A stretch of 64,000 bases of DNA. Source: an uncultured virus (IMG/VR IMGVR_UViG_3300011871_000042) (Duplodnaviria; Heunggongvirae; Uroviricota; Caudoviricetes). The number at the start of each line of letters is the position of its first letter. The stretch's first letter is position 1. This document shows, in pieces, positions 62,001 through 64,000 of the stretch. Below the pieces are notes generated by a model. It made no database searches, had not been told where the DNA came from, and worked only from the letters and a program-made list of their open reading frames with translations. The position numbers and the translations under genes were made by a program. The DNA lies in the IMG/VR virus record IMGVR_UViG_3300011871_000042. The stretch is one strand, 5' to 3'.

Positions 62001-62669
62001 ATGACTTCACCCTATTTAAAACAATCCATTATATGGTTATCTATTAGCAAGGAAATAAATACCTTAGAAAATAATATCAATAAATCTCCTGATAATGAAA
62101 GGCGTCAGAAATTATGGTTATCTTTATCAGAAAGACTTATTTATTTAACAAAAATGAATATAAGTGATGAAAATACAAAAAAAATAACATTGGGTATTAT
62201 ACGGTATTTGAGATGTTTGTTTTTTTGGAATTGTCATAGATGGGATGAACTAGAGTATGAAGTAAATATTGGAATAAAAGAAGATGTTGATTCATCTATT
62301 TATTTAATGATTAAAGGTTTTATTTATTTAAGACCTTTAGCTAACCCCTCAGTAGTTTCAGAGGTGTGGAGTGAAGGTTTTCCTTTTGATAAGAAAAAAG
62401 AATTACTTGCTTATGCTCAAAAATGTTTTAAAAAAGCAATAAAAAAGTCAAAAAGTAATCAAGGATCTATTAATATAGCTATTAAATGGACCAATGCTTG
62501 GATGTTATTAATATCTGGAAATATTGAAAAATCTGAAAAGTGTGTTTTAGAAGTATGGAGCTTAGAAGAAAATTTTGGTGAAGGGTGGTCATTATGGATG
62601 AGATGGTTAGGTGGTATTATAAGTGAAAAAGAACATATAAAATTAATAAAATGTCTAAAAAATACCTAA
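62001..62669 (+). CDS. Hypothetical helical (TPR-like) protein
   Basis: 222-aa ORF, SD AAGGA; A..CFKKAI pattern. Confidence 0.55.
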   Translation: MTSPYLKQSIIWLSISKEINTLENNINKSPDNERRQKLWLSLSERLIYLTKMNISDENTKKITLGIIRYLRCLFFWNCHRWDELEYEVNIGIKEDVDSSIYLMIKGFIYLRPLANPSVVSEVWSEGFPFDKKKELLAYAQKCFKKAIKKSKSNQGSINIAIKWTNAWMLLISGNIEKSEKCVLEVWSLEENFGEGWSLWMRWLGGIISEKEHIKLIKCLKNT

Positions 62670-62747
62670 AATATAAAAAAATAGCTTTATTAGATTTTAA
62701 TATAATGATAAAATATATACATTATCTTAACTTAAAAGGAAAAACAT

Positions 62748-63959
62748 ATGCCATTAGCTTCTTACGCTATTACTGATGAAAACAGTAAAGGTCGCCAATA
62801 CCCAATAAAAAAAGCTCAAGATAGAGATGAATTTGAGCGAGATTTTGATCGTATACTTCATTCTGGAGCGCATAGAAAACTCAGAGCTAAAACACAAGTT
62901 TTCCCTCATGATGCTGCAGGAGATATTTATCGTAGTAGATATGATCATTCTATGGAAGTTTGCCAGATTGCAAAATCAATAGCCAAGGATCTTGGTTTAA
63001 ATCAGCATTTAGCAGCAACATTAGCTATTTGTCATGATATCGGACATGCACCTTTTGGACATTTAGGCCAAGATACACTCGATGAATTAATGAAAGATCA
63101 TGGAGGATTTGAACATAATATTCAAGCATTACGTATAGTAGATAAATTAGAAAGCCCTTATTTCCCTGAACATGAAGGTCTGAATTTAATGTTTGAAACT
63201 CGTGCTGGATTATTAAAACATTGTTCAACACAAAATGCAGTTTTACTTGGAGAAATAGCTGAAAGACATTTAATTGGAGAGCAGGGTTCTCTCGAATCTC
63301 AAGTGGTTGATAAATCTGATGCAATAGCTTATGTTCACGCTGATTTAGAGGATGCTTTTGTTCTTGATCTTTTAAAACCAACAGATTTATTTGAAGCTCC
63401 GGGATATATGTTGGCTTGGGAAAGAGTGAAAAAAGAACACCCTAATTTTGAGTTGCCATCAAATGATAATTATTTAAATGGCTCAAGAGATGAAATTAGA
63501 GCAACAAAAGGTATTGTAAGAACAATAATACGCGATATGTTCTCTTATTCTTTAAATAATATAAAGACTAATACAGCAATGAGAATTAGAGATTCAGGAA
63601 TAATCACTCCAGATGATGCTAAATCTTATAAAGAAGAGTTAGTGCAGTTTACCGATAATCAATATAAGCTTCATAAAGAATTGAAGAAATTCTCTAGAAT
63701 CCATATTTATGAACATCCAACGATTGACTCTAATCGTCAGGTTCAGAAGCAAATGGTAATTGACCTATTTAATGCTTATAGTAAAGATCCGAAAGAAATG
63801 TCAGGAATAGGAGTAGATCCTAAAGAAGACTTTTATCGTTCTTTAGCAGATCATATTTCAGGCATGACTGATAGATTTGCTGTAATGGAACATAAAAGAA
63901 TTTTGGAAGAACGTCCAGAATTAATAGCAAGAAATCAAAGAAGAATGAAACATTTTTAA
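62748..63959 (+). CDS. dgt: dGTP triphosphohydrolase (HD family)
   Basis: RDFDRILHS..RKL..KTQVF, R..HSMEV, HDIGHAPFGH.G, FEHN.Q.LR, D.IAY..DLED, SGMTDRFA. Confidence 0.92.
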   Translation: MPLASYAITDENSKGRQYPIKKAQDRDEFERDFDRILHSGAHRKLRAKTQVFPHDAAGDIYRSRYDHSMEVCQIAKSIAKDLGLNQHLAATLAICHDIGHAPFGHLGQDTLDELMKDHGGFEHNIQALRIVDKLESPYFPEHEGLNLMFETRAGLLKHCSTQNAVLLGEIAERHLIGEQGSLESQVVDKSDAIAYVHADLEDAFVLDLLKPTDLFEAPGYMLAWERVKKEHPNFELPSNDNYLNGSRDEIRATKGIVRTIIRDMFSYSLNNIKTNTAMRIRDSGIITPDDAKSYKEELVQFTDNQYKLHKELKKFSRIHIYEHPTIDSNRQVQKQMVIDLFNAYSKDPKEMSGIGVDPKEDFYRSLADHISGMTDRFAVMEHKRILEERPELIARNQRRMKHF

Positions 63960-64000
63960 TACCATTATTAAAGTATAAAAGGATTACAGGTGTAATCCTT

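Noticed and set aside
2003..63381. Short antisense or overlapping ORFs in the track (e.g. 2003, 3759, 4362, 14045, 19815, 30510, 52367, 53856, 63025)
   Set aside because: They shadow well-supported genes and have no SD or recognisable motifs; 52367 overlaps the real entericidin gene in another frame.
1..64000. Genome-wide TAG reassignment (alternative genetic code)
   Set aside because: Long genes are intact under code 11, and TAG ends genes directly before terminators (e.g. 10033-35, 32549-51).
1..64000. tRNA, rRNA, IS elements, virion genes
   Set aside because: No cloverleaf, rRNA-like, transposase or structural-protein signatures were recognised by eye; tRNAscan-SE and HMM searches are needed to exclude them.

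Overview
AT-rich, gene-dense 64 kb segment, most likely from a very large extrachromosomal replicon (megaplasmid or phage-plasmid) of Proteobacteria. It has a TrfA-family replication initiator (47225-48271) preceded by seven 18-bp iterons. It also carries divergent copies of core cellular genes outside their usual operons: dnaE 3' end, parE/parC, recA, recJ, rnhA, rnhB, rpoD, gmk, tmk, dgt, clpS and a minimal valS. Other content includes type IV pilus-associated genes (pilZ, pilD, an AlgZ/FimS-like kinase, a lytic transglycosylase), an NAD salvage module (pncB, nadE, nrtR with two matching operators), and ankyrin, YwqG/DUF1963 and other paralog families. The most striking unannotated signals concern translation control. 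(1) A leader MKH-TAG-TLNV-RAPPP overlaps an anti-SD hairpin in front of a peptidyl-tRNA hydrolase operon, a candidate stop-codon-readthrough sensor. (2) A conserved structured RNA is inserted between the Shine-Dalgarno and AUG of two unrelated genes. (3) valS has a strong SD pointing to an out-of-frame AUG, with a slippery site followed by a Val codon. (4) Many unrelated proteins end in short basic tails resembling a T4SS translocation signal. All calls come from manual reading; no database searches were run. The assembly has N gaps and possibly base errors.
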